A DNA stretch of 30,379 bases from Microcoleaceae cyanobacterium (GTDB taxonomy: Bacteria; Cyanobacteriota; Cyanobacteriia; Cyanobacteriales; Microcoleaceae): the NCBI GenBank assembly GCA_051652765.1, contig JBOFUV010000021.1:1-30379 (forward strand), in the 5' to 3' direction. Every line of letters begins with the position of its first letter. Position 1 is the first letter of the stretch. Shown here piece by piece: positions 10,010 to 20,397 of this stretch. The notes beneath the pieces are model-generated. The model saw only the letters and a list, made by a program, of their open reading frames with translations. It did no database searches and was not told the DNA's origin. Both the position numbers and the translations under genes were made by a program.

Positions 10010-10157
10010 TGTAGCAATCCTAAATCAATGACTAGAAAACCATAGAGGGGTTTGGGGACAAAGTTCCCAAGGAGGAGCAACGCCCCTCCACCCCTGCTTA
10101 TCAAGCATTTAGCACTGCTATGTAGCAATGTTCACCTTTACAAATCAGATTGCCATA
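10010..10157. mobile_element. Miniature inverted-repeat element (MITE-like) with a GC-rich double-hairpin core
   Basis: Ends TGTAGCAATC...GATTGCCATA; core GGGG-TTTGGGGAC-AAA-GTTCCCAA-GGAGGAGC..GCCCCTCC-ACCCC (10047-10094); termini shared with elements at 12814, 18191, 21061. Confidence 0.65.
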
Positions 10158-10716
10158 GCAATTAGGAACGGTTTGTGAGCAGAGGGCAACGTCCCCAGGG
10201 AGCATTCTGGGTATGCTGGCCGGGGTTCCTGAGTGAGAACCAGAAGTATATACTGGATTGTCAGGACATGGCGCTACCCTTCTGGATGGGATTGCCTGTG
10301 CTAATCCTGCGGAGGAAAATGTGACAACCTGCATGAGAGATGGTATAACTGAGGTGGCTCGCACTGTATGGGTTTAAGGGCTTCATATTGCTAGGTTATG
10401 CTATGGGGGACAAGTGTAGCTTAGTAACGGTTGAGAGAGTTACCTGGGTACTTTCAATGACTGTCAGATATGGTGTCATGGGCACACTGATGTGGTGTTA
10501 CTGCCAAGAGTGCAGCAAACAGAATTTTGATTCCTGACGGATACGCATTGACAATCTGCCTTTCAGTTTTTAGTTCTACCAATACCCTCTTCGGTCAATT
10601 ATCTTGAGTCAATAATACGAGTCAATAGTGACCTGATTTGTGATCAGCACTCTTAGCCCTGCCGAGATGTCCAAGACGGACTATATATCGAGTGGCGTGT
10701 CTGAGTAGACCTCTTT

Positions 10717-12747
10717 ATGCTAATCAAGATCAAATCACTAGGCCGCGTTTTCTCCAAGGCATCGCGTCGCTATTCTCTTAGACTTGCTTTGATTCTTCCT
10801 TCGATTCTCCAAACACTTCTGACTGCTGGACTAATCAGCTTTTTTGCGTTAAAACATGGTTCGATCGCAGTTAATGATCTGGCTTATCAACTGCGATCGC
10901 AAGTTGCTAATCGAGTACAGGATTACCTAGAAAGTTACCTGGCAACTCCCCATAGCATTATCGGACTCAATGCTGGCGCTGTTCGGCGGGGAACGCTAGA
11001 CCTGAATAACTATCAAATGTTAGTCGGTCGTTTGCAAAACCAACTCGAACAATTCGATGATGTTAATTATACCATGTTTGGCAGTGCTAAGGGTGAACTC
11101 GCAGGGGTTGAACAACTGACTGACGGCGAGTTTCGGGCAGAAATCAAGCATGAACTTGACTCAGGATTCAAGGTTTATGCTTTCAATGAATCTCAGTATG
11201 ATCCGAGTCATCCCATTGAGAGCTTTGCAAACTATGATCCTCGTCCCCGTCCCTGGTATCAGGCGGCCATTCAAATAGGTCAGCCAACTTGGAGTGAGAT
11301 TTATCAACCGATTAGTAATAGTCAAAAAACGCGGTTAGCCCTCACAGCAGTACATCCCGTGTACAATGCCAGCGGTCAATTGGTCGGTGTTTTTGGGGCG
11401 GATATCACTTTGGATGAGCTGAGTAATTTTCTAGATGAGCTGAGAATCACTCAGTCAGGAACTGTGTTTATCATGGAGCGCGATGGGCTACTCGTGGCAA
11501 ATTCTAGCCTGCACCGCCCCTTCAAGATCCGAGATAATCAAGCCATCCGCATTTCTGCAACGCAAAGCGAAGACCCGATTATTCGTTCCACTACCCAAGC
11601 ATTAATGAAACAGTTTGACAGCTTGCTAGTCATTGGTGATCTGAAGGAACTTGACTTGGAGATTGAAGGAAAACGGTATTTTATTGAAGTCTTGCCGTTT
11701 CAGGATGGCCGAGGCGTTGACTGGTTAATTGTCGTCACCCTGCCTGTGTCAGACTTTCTGGCCAATGTTGGGATCAGAAGACAAGCGATGGTTTTCCTCT
11801 GCCTGGTGACAACTGGGGGAGCGATCGCCCTGGGAATTCTCTCCACCCACCGAGTGACTCGCCCGCTTGTGCTGTTGAATACGGCTGCTAGGGATTTGGC
11901 CACGGGAAAATGGGCAGAAACGATTGAGATTGAACAGATGGACGAAGTGGGACAATTGACCCAATCCTTTAATCACATGGCCCATCAACTGCAAAATTCC
12001 TTTAATGTATTAGAAGAAACAGTGGCCAAACGCACCCTCAAGCTCACCCAGACCAACCTTCAACTCAAAAAAGAAATTCGTCAAAATCGCAACACTGAAC
12101 TCGCCCTGCGAATTGCCAAGCAGCAGTCTGAGAAACTGTTGTTGAATATTCTGCCCTACAGCATTGCCGAACAGTTGAAACAAGCGCCCCGAGCGATCGC
12201 AGAACAGTTTGAGGAAGCCACGATTTTGTTTGCCGATATTGTGGACTTTACTCCGCTAGCCAGTCAGTTGGAACCCATTCAACTCGTAGAGCTGCTCAAT
12301 GAGATTTTTTCTACCTTTGATCAGCTGATCGAGCCACATCAATTGGAAAAAATCAAGACAATTGGGGATGCTTACATGTTGGTGGGAGGAGTGCCAATTT
12401 ATTACCCAGATCATGCAGAATCTATTGCTGATGCTGCCCTGAAGATGCAAGCAGCAGTTGCTCACGTTTATAAACAGGATGGCACTCCCTTTCAAATCCG
12501 GATTGGCATTAATACTGGCTCAGTAGTGGCCGGAGTGATTGGTCGCAAAAAATTTGCCTATGACCTTTGGGGAGACACCGTTAATGTGGCTAGTCGGATG
12601 GAATCCTCAGGGAAACCCGGAAAAATCCAGGTGACTCAAGCCACCTACGAACGCCTGAAAGATCAATACCAACTGAAAAAACGAGGGTCGGTTCATGTCA
12701 AGGGGAAAGGAGAAATGTTGACGTACTGGCTACTGGGGAAAAATTAA
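10717..12747 (+). CDS. Membrane class III adenylate cyclase (TM-Cache-TM-HAMP-cyclase)
   Basis: YDPRPRPWY Cache motif, HAMP (DEVGQLTQSFNHM), FADIVDFT, EKIKTIGDAYM, YDLWGDTVNVASRMES; Lys/Asp specificity residues indicate ATP substrate. Confidence 0.93.
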   Translation: MLIKIKSLGRVFSKASRRYSLRLALILPSILQTLLTAGLISFFALKHGSIAVNDLAYQLRSQVANRVQDYLESYLATPHSIIGLNAGAVRRGTLDLNNYQMLVGRLQNQLEQFDDVNYTMFGSAKGELAGVEQLTDGEFRAEIKHELDSGFKVYAFNESQYDPSHPIESFANYDPRPRPWYQAAIQIGQPTWSEIYQPISNSQKTRLALTAVHPVYNASGQLVGVFGADITLDELSNFLDELRITQSGTVFIMERDGLLVANSSLHRPFKIRDNQAIRISATQSEDPIIRSTTQALMKQFDSLLVIGDLKELDLEIEGKRYFIEVLPFQDGRGVDWLIVVTLPVSDFLANVGIRRQAMVFLCLVTTGGAIALGILSTHRVTRPLVLLNTAARDLATGKWAETIEIEQMDEVGQLTQSFNHMAHQLQNSFNVLEETVAKRTLKLTQTNLQLKKEIRQNRNTELALRIAKQQSEKLLLNILPYSIAEQLKQAPRAIAEQFEEATILFADIVDFTPLASQLEPIQLVELLNEIFSTFDQLIEPHQLEKIKTIGDAYMLVGGVPIYYPDHAESIADAALKMQAAVAHVYKQDGTPFQIRIGINTGSVVAGVIGRKKFAYDLWGDTVNVASRMESSGKPGKIQVTQATYERLKDQYQLKKRGSVHVKGKGEMLTYWLLGKN

Positions 12748-12770
12748 AGTAGGGTCATTGATAGACTTAG

Positions 12771-12979
12771 TATGCCACTTACAAGACTGTCTACTCTGTA
12801 ATTCGCAGTACCGATAGCAATCTGATGGGAACTGTGAGTGTGGAGTGGGTATCTTGCTCGCCTAGGCTAGAAGCCCACAAAACATCTCAATTACTGATTG
12901 CTATAATTCTTAAGAAATTTGGAACTGGCTTGATAGATTCAAACACGTTCTTAACTGTGATGCTTCAAAGAGTGGCATA
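12771..12979. mobile_element. Nested miniature repeats: outer 9-bp inverted repeat enclosing an inner MITE-like element (12814-12905)
   Basis: Outer TATGCCACT (12771) / AGTGGCATA (12971); inner ATAGCAATC...GATTGCTATA with core TGGAGTGGGTATCTTGCTCGC..GGCTAGAAGCC homologous to the 18191 and 21061 elements. Confidence 0.6.
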
Positions 12980-13067
12980 GAATACCCTGGATCTGATGAA
13001 AAATTTTATACCTTAGATCTAGGTTTAGTCTGTTGATTAAGCCCGTAATTCTTTTCAGAACTTTGCG

Positions 13068-13823
13068 ATGAATACTACTCGTCTTGTGTCGGTTTCAGCC
13101 TTATCAAACTCAGAACGAGAAGCGCTCTATTTATTATTTTCTACACATTTTGAGGGAGTTAAACCAGAGATCTTTACGGCAGATCTAAATGAGAAAAATT
13201 GGGTGATCTTACTCGAATCCAAAGGAATCCTCAAGGGATTTTCTACCTTATTATTCTATACAACTCAATTTAAAAATACATCCCTAAATGTCATTTACTC
13301 TGGAGACACCATTGTTGACCCAAGTGCCTGGTCAAGTCCAGACCTTTCAAAAGCTTGGATCGCAACAGTGCAATATTTACAAACAACTGCTCCCGAGAAT
13401 AAACTCTATTGGTTATTGATTTCTTCTGGTTATCGCACCTACCGTTTTCTGCCAATATTCTGGAAAGCGTTTTTTCCTCGATATGATGTCACCACTCCAA
13501 CTTGGGCACAAGACTTAACTGAATTTTTGGCAAGCAATCGCTTTGGGCAATACTATGATCCAAGCACAGGAATTGTGCGGTTTCCTAGTCCTCAAATTTT
13601 GCGTTCTCTATTGCAGGGCATTCCCTCTGAGCGATTGCGTGACCCCCACATTTCATTTTTTCAAACCCAAAATCCAAGTCACTTTCAGGGTGATGAACTA
13701 GTTTGTTTAACAGAAATTTGTGAACCAAATCTCACTCCCGCAGGTCGAAGAATGTGGTTTAATCAATCTCTTAAATTGGAAATCTGCGATCGCCCCCAAG
13801 CCTCTGAACTTGCAATACTGTAA
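13068..13823 (+). CDS. Hypothetical protein, probable GNAT-like fold; first gene of the GH3/Rieske cluster
   Basis: 251-aa ORF, stop overlaps next ATG (TAATG); pattern LKGFSTL...YSGDTIVDPSAW...YWLLISSGYRTYRFL resembles acyltransferase-fold proteins (inference). Confidence 0.7.
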   Translation: MNTTRLVSVSALSNSEREALYLLFSTHFEGVKPEIFTADLNEKNWVILLESKGILKGFSTLLFYTTQFKNTSLNVIYSGDTIVDPSAWSSPDLSKAWIATVQYLQTTAPENKLYWLLISSGYRTYRFLPIFWKAFFPRYDVTTPTWAQDLTEFLASNRFGQYYDPSTGIVRFPSPQILRSLLQGIPSERLRDPHISFFQTQNPSHFQGDELVCLTEICEPNLTPAGRRMWFNQSLKLEICDRPQASELAIL

Positions 13824-14878
13824 TGGAAACTAACCTAAAATCATCTGAAACAGTTCAACACAATCAGACCATAATTTTTAATCATCCAAAAATTTTTAAT
13901 CATCCAAACTGCTTTATTGAAGGTTGGTACTGGGCACTTCCGTCCCATCACCTCAAACAAGGTCAGGTCAAACCTGTTACCCTGCAGGGACGGGAACTCG
14001 CAGTCTATAGAGGATTTGACGATCAAGTTGTAGCCCTAGATGCCTACTGTCCTCACATGGGAGCCCATCTTGCCGAAGGCAAAGTGGAAGAAAATAGTTT
14101 GCGCTGCTTATTTCATAACTGGAAATACGATGCTTTTGGTCACTGTATTGAAGTTCCCTGTTTAAAGAAAGCTTTACCCATTCAGATCAAAACCTGGCCA
14201 ACACTAGAAAAGTATGGTTTAGTGTGGGTTTGGACAGGAAAAACACCGCAGCAACCACTGCCATTTATTCCTGAATTGCAACATGAAACCTGTGAGACAG
14301 TGCTAGGTTCTCGCTTTATCAGAAACTGTCACCCTAATGTAGTGATGATTAACGCGATTGATGCCAATCACTTTAACACTGTTCATCAGTTGCCCTTAGA
14401 AATTGTATTTCAAGCCCAAGAATTTGACTACAATACTATTACTTTTAACAACATTACACGGGGAGGTGAAGCATCTAATTTCATTAAACTTATTCGACAA
14501 TTCTATCAAAATAAAGTGACTTATAAAATGTGCTATTGGCAAGGTAGTATTGGAACAGTTACATTGGGGCCAGACTTCCTACATTTTTATATCATGTTTG
14601 CTCTCCGGTTACTGCCAGACGGAAAAACAGAAGGTCAAACCATTCTGATGGCCAAAAAGCGTTCTGGCTTGATCGGGTGGGGATTGAACCAACTGATTTT
14701 GAAGTTAACACAATGGGTTGCAAGCTACTTCGCTAAAGGAGACACTCGAATTTTTCAAACGATTAAATTCAACCTCAAAACCCCAACTAAAGCAGACCAA
14801 TCTATCTTGCAATTTATTCAGCATGTGGAGCAGCAAAAAGCAATAGACTTTGAAACCTGGGAACCAATTCAATCCTGA
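13823..14878 (+). CDS. Rieske non-heme iron oxygenase 1
   Basis: CPH...CLFH Rieske ligands; NAIDANHFNTVH mononuclear Fe motif; distal Asp (KGDTRIF). Confidence 0.92.
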   Translation: METNLKSSETVQHNQTIIFNHPKIFNHPNCFIEGWYWALPSHHLKQGQVKPVTLQGRELAVYRGFDDQVVALDAYCPHMGAHLAEGKVEENSLRCLFHNWKYDAFGHCIEVPCLKKALPIQIKTWPTLEKYGLVWVWTGKTPQQPLPFIPELQHETCETVLGSRFIRNCHPNVVMINAIDANHFNTVHQLPLEIVFQAQEFDYNTITFNNITRGGEASNFIKLIRQFYQNKVTYKMCYWQGSIGTVTLGPDFLHFYIMFALRLLPDGKTEGQTILMAKKRSGLIGWGLNQLILKLTQWVASYFAKGDTRIFQTIKFNLKTPTKADQSILQFIQHVEQQKAIDFETWEPIQS

Positions 14879-14959
14879 GATAACTATTAAAGAGAATTAG
14901 ATTTGTGATGGATTACTGCCAAGTTCACCCTCATAAAAAATCAGCTAAAGAGAACTTAA

Positions 14960-15928
14960 ATGATGAATTATATGCCTACAGTTTCTGGATTTAACTTGTT
15001 GTCTGCCAACTCGAACCACAAACTTAATCGAGTTTTTAGATTGATATTTGGACACGAAGAAAGTGCTAATACTTATGAGTTAAATACGACTAGTCTTCCT
15101 TGGAATTCAACTTATTTTAGGCTAGATCAAGTAAGAATTTTTCAAGAATCAACTCTACAAGAACAACAGAGCATTCTCAAGTTAGCCAATCAAAGCCTGT
15201 TAGAAGAAGCTTACTTTATTGAAAAAGCTGGAATGGGATATATGGCAAAGATGGTGTTGCTAGCAGACACCCTAGAAGAACGAATGCTCTATAGCCAGTT
15301 CAGTGCTGATGAAGCAAATCATTTGGCTCAAATTCGACGATTTTTTCCAAGTACTGAACCAACTCAACCTAATAATATTTTTTTAAATTTTCTGGCAGAT
15401 TTGGTTGAGCACTCTGACAAAACAATTCTGTTATTCGTTCTGCAAGTTGTTCTAGAAGGTTGGAGTTTAAGCCATTATCGACAACTTGCAAAATATTGCC
15501 AAAACCCCCAGGTGGGTCAAATTTTCCAAAACTTTCTTCAGGCTGAAGCCTATCATCATACAACAGGAGTAGCTTTGTTTCAAAAACATCAAGTTTCTCT
15601 CACAAGTCAAACAATATTAGTCGAAATCTTGAGTCAATTTCTCAATATGATCCAGGCAGGCCCTCAAGGAATTCTGGCTACAATCAAGCAGGTTAAAGGA
15701 GATTTATCTCAAGCTCAAAAACTACAAATTCTCCAGGACTTAGATGCTAAGTCCCATAGCCAAAAGCGCTTGAATTTATTGCGATCATTAATGAATTCTT
15801 CAGCCAGTCAAATTGTTCAAGACCTAGAAGAACATAACTTGTTCCAGCCTTTTTCTCTGGAATACTGTGTCAGCTTGTCTAATCAAGCAATGATTTTGAA
15901 TCCAGCACAACATTCTCCGATTTCTTGA
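14960..15928 (+). CDS. Ferritin-like diiron protein
   Basis: FIEKAG, DEANH, VLEGW, AEAYH: two E...ExxH sets. Confidence 0.8.
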   Translation: MMNYMPTVSGFNLLSANSNHKLNRVFRLIFGHEESANTYELNTTSLPWNSTYFRLDQVRIFQESTLQEQQSILKLANQSLLEEAYFIEKAGMGYMAKMVLLADTLEERMLYSQFSADEANHLAQIRRFFPSTEPTQPNNIFLNFLADLVEHSDKTILLFVLQVVLEGWSLSHYRQLAKYCQNPQVGQIFQNFLQAEAYHHTTGVALFQKHQVSLTSQTILVEILSQFLNMIQAGPQGILATIKQVKGDLSQAQKLQILQDLDAKSHSQKRLNLLRSLMNSSASQIVQDLEEHNLFQPFSLEYCVSLSNQAMILNPAQHSPIS

Positions 15929-15955
15929 AGTTTTTAGATAATAGCTAAAATCACT

Positions 15956-17158
15956 ATGACCATCGCAAGCAACAAAACAAATACTCTGCTAGCACATTCA
16001 ACTATTTGTCGAAAACTAGAACTTAATTATAAGCGTAATCAGCAACAAGATCATACTCAACTTCTAGATCAAGCTGCCTCTGAATTTCGATATCAAGACT
16101 GTGAAAAGGAATATTGGAATCCCGAAGAATTTTCTCTCTTATATGGTACTCCACTGTGGGAGCAAGCGAGTCAATATCAGCGGACAATTCTCAATCAACT
16201 CTATTGGGTTGCCTATTATTCACAAATTATTTCGGCTGAAATTGCAACTATCTTTTTCAATCAAACGAGTGCTGCTGGACTCTATTCTCAAGAGGACTTT
16301 CGTTTAGTTTGTGACACTTTAGATTTAGAATCTGCTCAAGAACGGGCTCACATTAATGCATTTAAAGCTATTTCTGAACAGGTAGAAGAGAAACTATTTG
16401 GCAAACGCATTTTTACTTATCAAATGCGAACTCCATTTACAGAGACAATGATCTATACAGAGACCAATCGACTGAAACGAATCTGGAAAAATCTTCAACT
16501 TCAAAGCTTTGGTGTGCTCTCAGCAAATAGTCCCTTTCTAGCTTGTCAATACTTTACAGTGAGGGGTATACGAACCTTAAATGGCAAATTAGTTCAGCAT
16601 AAACTCAGCCAATATTATCAGAAACATCCTCAACCTGATCAAGCTCCAATTCCAGCCAAGATTTCATATTATCATTTTATGGATGAGAGCTTTCACTTTA
16701 ATAGCTCGACAATTCTATCCCATGAAGTTGTGAATTGCTTGCCTCAACCAAATTTTTTAGAAAAACAAATTTTCAACTTAGGATTACGAGGTTGCCAGCA
16801 AGATCACTATCATTTTTCCACTGCAATTAATGGGATTTTTTGGTATGATCCAGCACTTTACTCTGCAATTCATCAGATTTTATACTCAAGAATTTTCAAT
16901 ATGAATAATCGCGATGCAAAGGAGATCATACGACAATGCTTTACTCAAGAAACTGAAGGACTCCATCGCAGTTATCAAACTCATCGAGAAGCAATAGACT
17001 CTTACAAAGCCTACTTAGAAAAAGTCAACGATACTTGGAAAAGTAATCGAGAGATGTTAATTATGTCATCAAATTCAATTGCCAAATATCTATTGATTCA
17101 AAACCAGCAATTCTCTCGATTTAAACAAATAAATATTAATTCGGATTTATCCCAATGA
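15956..17158 (+). CDS. AurF-like (ferritin-like) diiron oxygenase
   Basis: SLLYGTPLWEQAS N-terminal pattern, SAEIA, QERAH, MDESFH. Confidence 0.78.
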   Translation: MTIASNKTNTLLAHSTICRKLELNYKRNQQQDHTQLLDQAASEFRYQDCEKEYWNPEEFSLLYGTPLWEQASQYQRTILNQLYWVAYYSQIISAEIATIFFNQTSAAGLYSQEDFRLVCDTLDLESAQERAHINAFKAISEQVEEKLFGKRIFTYQMRTPFTETMIYTETNRLKRIWKNLQLQSFGVLSANSPFLACQYFTVRGIRTLNGKLVQHKLSQYYQKHPQPDQAPIPAKISYYHFMDESFHFNSSTILSHEVVNCLPQPNFLEKQIFNLGLRGCQQDHYHFSTAINGIFWYDPALYSAIHQILYSRIFNMNNRDAKEIIRQCFTQETEGLHRSYQTHREAIDSYKAYLEKVNDTWKSNREMLIMSSNSIAKYLLIQNQQFSRFKQININSDLSQ

Positions 17159-17183
17159 TCAATCTATATAATCTACAAGAAAA

Positions 17184-18179
17184 ATGAGGATTTTCAATAA
17201 TTGGAATGTACTTGTAAAAGGTTGGTATATTGCTTGCCCCAGCCAAAAGCTATTAGAAGGTCAAGCAAAATCTATTACAATTTATGGAAAGAGAATCGTT
17301 TTGTTTCGGGGAGAAAATCGTCAAGTCCGAGCTTTAGATGCCTACTGTCCACATCTTGGAACTGATCTGGGTATTGGAACTGTTGAAGGGAATTGGATTC
17401 GATGTTTTTTTCATCATTGGGCTTTTGATGGTGCTGGGAACTGTCAAGAGATTCCTTGTCAATCTAGTATTCCAAAGAAAGCCCATTTACAGGCTTATGC
17501 AACGGATGAGAAATATGGATTTATCTGGGTTTATCCTGAAACAACTGCACCTGAAGGGGTCGCTGAATTTGATGAGTTAAAAGGAAAATCTTTGGTTTTT
17601 CAGCATGATAAAGCGTTTAAGCGTCACTGCCATCATCACATTTGTATGATGAATGGTATTGATGTTCAGCACCTTCAAACTGTGCATCAAATCAATATTA
17701 AGATGGAGTTACTTACTCAACAAAATCAATTGGGAAACGTCATTGATTTTACCCTTAAAGGTCAGTTTCCTAAAACAACATGGCAAGAACAAATTATTCA
17801 AAAAGTTTTAGGTGAACACTATGAGTATTCTATGCGATACGCTGACGGATGCCTAGGACTTCTAACGATTATGAAAAACGTGAAGCTGATTCCTCGACTC
17901 TATATGATCTATTCTTATTTGCCTCTCACTTCAGATCAAACTCAGATTCAACCTATTTATATTGCTGAGAGAAGACCTGGAATTTTAGGATGGATACTAA
18001 CTCAAGTTTTATTATTACTGACTCGAATTGCTTACTATGCTTTACGAGGGAAAGATGGCCAAGTCTATGACAATATTTGTTTTAATCCAAATGCCATTTT
18101 AGAAATTGACACTCCCTTGGTGAAATATATGAATTATGTCAATACACTAGAAATATCGAGTTGGTCAAGAAGTAACTAA
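17184..18179 (+). CDS. Rieske non-heme iron oxygenase 2
   Basis: CPH...CFFH; NGIDVQHLQTVH; distal Asp (KDGQVY); paralogous to 13823 (ALDAYCPH). Confidence 0.92.
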   Translation: MRIFNNWNVLVKGWYIACPSQKLLEGQAKSITIYGKRIVLFRGENRQVRALDAYCPHLGTDLGIGTVEGNWIRCFFHHWAFDGAGNCQEIPCQSSIPKKAHLQAYATDEKYGFIWVYPETTAPEGVAEFDELKGKSLVFQHDKAFKRHCHHHICMMNGIDVQHLQTVHQINIKMELLTQQNQLGNVIDFTLKGQFPKTTWQEQIIQKVLGEHYEYSMRYADGCLGLLTIMKNVKLIPRLYMIYSYLPLTSDQTQIQPIYIAERRPGILGWILTQVLLLLTRIAYYALRGKDGQVYDNICFNPNAILEIDTPLVKYMNYVNTLEISSWSRSN

Positions 18180-18190
18180 AATGTTTCTGA

Positions 18191-18299
18191 TGCAGCAATC
18201 TGATTTGAGATGTGGATATGGAGTGGGCATCTTGCCCGCACAGGCTACAATCCTGCACCATAGACATCTCCATCTCATAAATTATTACGGATAACTATA
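18191..18299. mobile_element. MITE-like dispersed repeat inside the cluster
   Basis: GCAGCAATCTGATTTG...GGAGTGGGCATCTTGCCCGC...CATCTCATAAATTATTACGGATAACTATA aligns with the reverse complement of 21061-21161. Confidence 0.7.
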
Positions 18300-18314
18300 G
18301 ATTTCTAGCTAATA

Positions 18315-18614
18315 ATGATGAACCAGAATTCTTGCATTATTCGATTTCCAGGGACAATCTATTCAGCCGTTACCTTAGAGAAGTTCGCTAATCTTTCTGA
18401 ACATTTAACTATACAAAACTCCCCAGTTTTATTTGGTTGTCGAACAGGAGTCTGTGGGATTTGTGTGGCTGTAATTCAAGGAAAAATTCCTCTAGCTAAT
18501 GTGGCTGAACAAGAAATTTTAGAGGTAATTGCCCCTGGAAATTCTCAGATTAGACTAGCCTGTCAAATTGATCTAACTCATGATATCGAAATCACTCCAT
18601 ACATTGAAAAATGA
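18315..18614 (+). CDS. 2Fe-2S ferredoxin
   Basis: FGCRTGVCGIC (C-x4-C-x2-C) and RLACQ; ATGA overlap with next gene. Confidence 0.92.
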   Translation: MMNQNSCIIRFPGTIYSAVTLEKFANLSEHLTIQNSPVLFGCRTGVCGICVAVIQGKIPLANVAEQEILEVIAPGNSQIRLACQIDLTHDIEITPYIEK

Positions 18615-19636
18615 CCAGATTTGAAGATTTTTGGTATGTTGTTGCAGAGAGTCGCCAACTTAAACCTAATGTTGCTTTGAGCCGAACAGTTTTGAATGAG
18701 TGGCTAGTTGTATTTCGAGGAAAAGATGGGCAGCCTGTGGTTTTGCGCGATCGCTGTATCCACCGCAATAGTCGTTTATCTGGTGGCATTGTCCAAGAGG
18801 GTAATTTACACTGCCCCTATCATGGCTGGGTTTATAACCAAAAAGGTCAAGTTATTGTCGTTCCCTCAGAAGGAGAAAACCCCAAAAATTTGGCTCAACA
18901 CTGTACTCAATATTATGAAACTCAGGAACAAGACGGCTATGTTTATGTGCGGTTAGCTCTTAATCCAATTGACAAATTTCACCCTTTTAAAATGCCACAT
19001 TATGGTGAACTAAACTGGGAAACTGTACGAGTTATTAATCGGTTTCAAAACACCCTGACTAACTGTATTGAAAACTTTATTGATATTCCTCATACGGTCT
19101 CTGTACATCCTGGAATTTTTCGCAAGCCGTGTCAGCAAAGGTTAGAAATGACTGTTACTAGACGACAAGGATCTGTTATTGCAGAATATCAGAATGAAAG
19201 CAGAAATCTGGGCTGGTATACTAAATTTCTGAACAGTCAAAAGCAAGAAGTTCGACACATTGATCAATTCTTGATGCCAAATGTTACCAATGTTGAATAT
19301 GACATCAGTAAGAATAGACAATTATTTATTACTAGTCAATCTATTCCAGAGACAGAAAACTCAACCCTAGTTTATACGGATGTTACCTACAACTATGGAA
19401 TTTGGAATAAAATAGCACGGCCCTTCGTTCATTGGACAGCTCAGAAAATTATTAGACAAGATATTAATATTCTAAATATTCAGAAGCAGGTAATTGATAA
19501 GTATGGAACTCATTTTACTCATACTCCTGCCGATACAATTCATGTTTTTGTAGAGTCTATTTTCCGTGCTTTAGTCCAGGGAAAAGATCCAGAAGAACTT
19601 TCAGAACAATCTGCTCAAATCAGTTTTTGGGTTTAA
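18611..19636 (+). CDS. Rieske non-heme iron oxygenase 3 (VanA/CAO-like architecture)
   Basis: DRCIHR...CPYHGW; ENFIDIPHTVSVH; IIRQD. Confidence 0.92.
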   Translation: MTRFEDFWYVVAESRQLKPNVALSRTVLNEWLVVFRGKDGQPVVLRDRCIHRNSRLSGGIVQEGNLHCPYHGWVYNQKGQVIVVPSEGENPKNLAQHCTQYYETQEQDGYVYVRLALNPIDKFHPFKMPHYGELNWETVRVINRFQNTLTNCIENFIDIPHTVSVHPGIFRKPCQQRLEMTVTRRQGSVIAEYQNESRNLGWYTKFLNSQKQEVRHIDQFLMPNVTNVEYDISKNRQLFITSQSIPETENSTLVYTDVTYNYGIWNKIARPFVHWTAQKIIRQDINILNIQKQVIDKYGTHFTHTPADTIHVFVESIFRALVQGKDPEELSEQSAQISFWV

Positions 19637-19662
19637 TCTAAAGTTAAAGTAATGAATAGATT

Positions 19663-20382
19663 ATGATCATTTTAATCACATTCTGGAGTTTAATTTTAGT
19701 TACAGTTATTGATTCTAAGCAATGGAAAATACTTTGTGAAAAAAGCATACATGATTGGATTCTAGATGTTATGGGATTATGTATTCAAGGTATCGTAATT
19801 CCTTTATTACAATTAGTTTTGGTCTATCAAATTTATCAAGTTCTAGTTCCTCAGTTGCATCATGTTCTATTTTTATCTCCAGTCTGGCAGTTTTTGATTA
19901 GTTTTATTGCGATTGATTACCTATATTATTGGAACCATCGCTTGCTGCACAATCATTGGCTTTGGCCACTACATCAAGTGCATCATACAGTTACTCAATT
20001 TGACGTTGTCGGAACCTCTCGAAATAGCCTTTGGACAAGCTTCTTTATTCTCTATCTCTGGATTCATGCTCTGTTTATTTATTTACTTCAAGATGCTAAT
20101 GGTTATTTATTTGGAGTCAGTTTAACAGCCTCTTTTGATCTCTGGCGACATAGTTCAATCACTTTTGCAGGAGACTTACATCATATTCTTGCTAGGTTTT
20201 TAATCTTGCCCCAGGATCATGCTTTGCACCATAGCACTTCTGCTACTGTTCAAAACTATGGAGCCAACCTAAAGCTTTGGGATCAGATTCATGGTACATA
20301 CACCGAAGCCAAGGACTTTCCCAAACATTTGGGAGTTAAAATTCAGCTCAAACTGTGGCAAAAAATCCTTTTACCATTCTAA
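19663..20382 (+). CDS. Sterol desaturase / fatty-acid hydroxylase family membrane diiron enzyme
   Basis: His boxes YWNHRLLH, HQVHH, HALHH; NYG..L.LWDQIHGT; several TM helices. Confidence 0.9.
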   Translation: MIILITFWSLILVTVIDSKQWKILCEKSIHDWILDVMGLCIQGIVIPLLQLVLVYQIYQVLVPQLHHVLFLSPVWQFLISFIAIDYLYYWNHRLLHNHWLWPLHQVHHTVTQFDVVGTSRNSLWTSFFILYLWIHALFIYLLQDANGYLFGVSLTASFDLWRHSSITFAGDLHHILARFLILPQDHALHHSTSATVQNYGANLKLWDQIHGTYTEAKDFPKHLGVKIQLKLWQKILLPF

Positions 20383-20397
20383 TTTACATATCATAAT

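Noticed and set aside
10101..10364. 87-aa Cys-containing ORF resembling a secreted peptide
   Set aside because: GTG start without clear RBS; its last ~19 codons, with three of five Cys, come from the miniature repeat element
10717..12747. Adenylate cyclase as CRISPR/defence signalling or as output of the che system
   Set aside because: Ordinary Cache-HAMP sensor cyclase without a receiver domain; proximity is the only link
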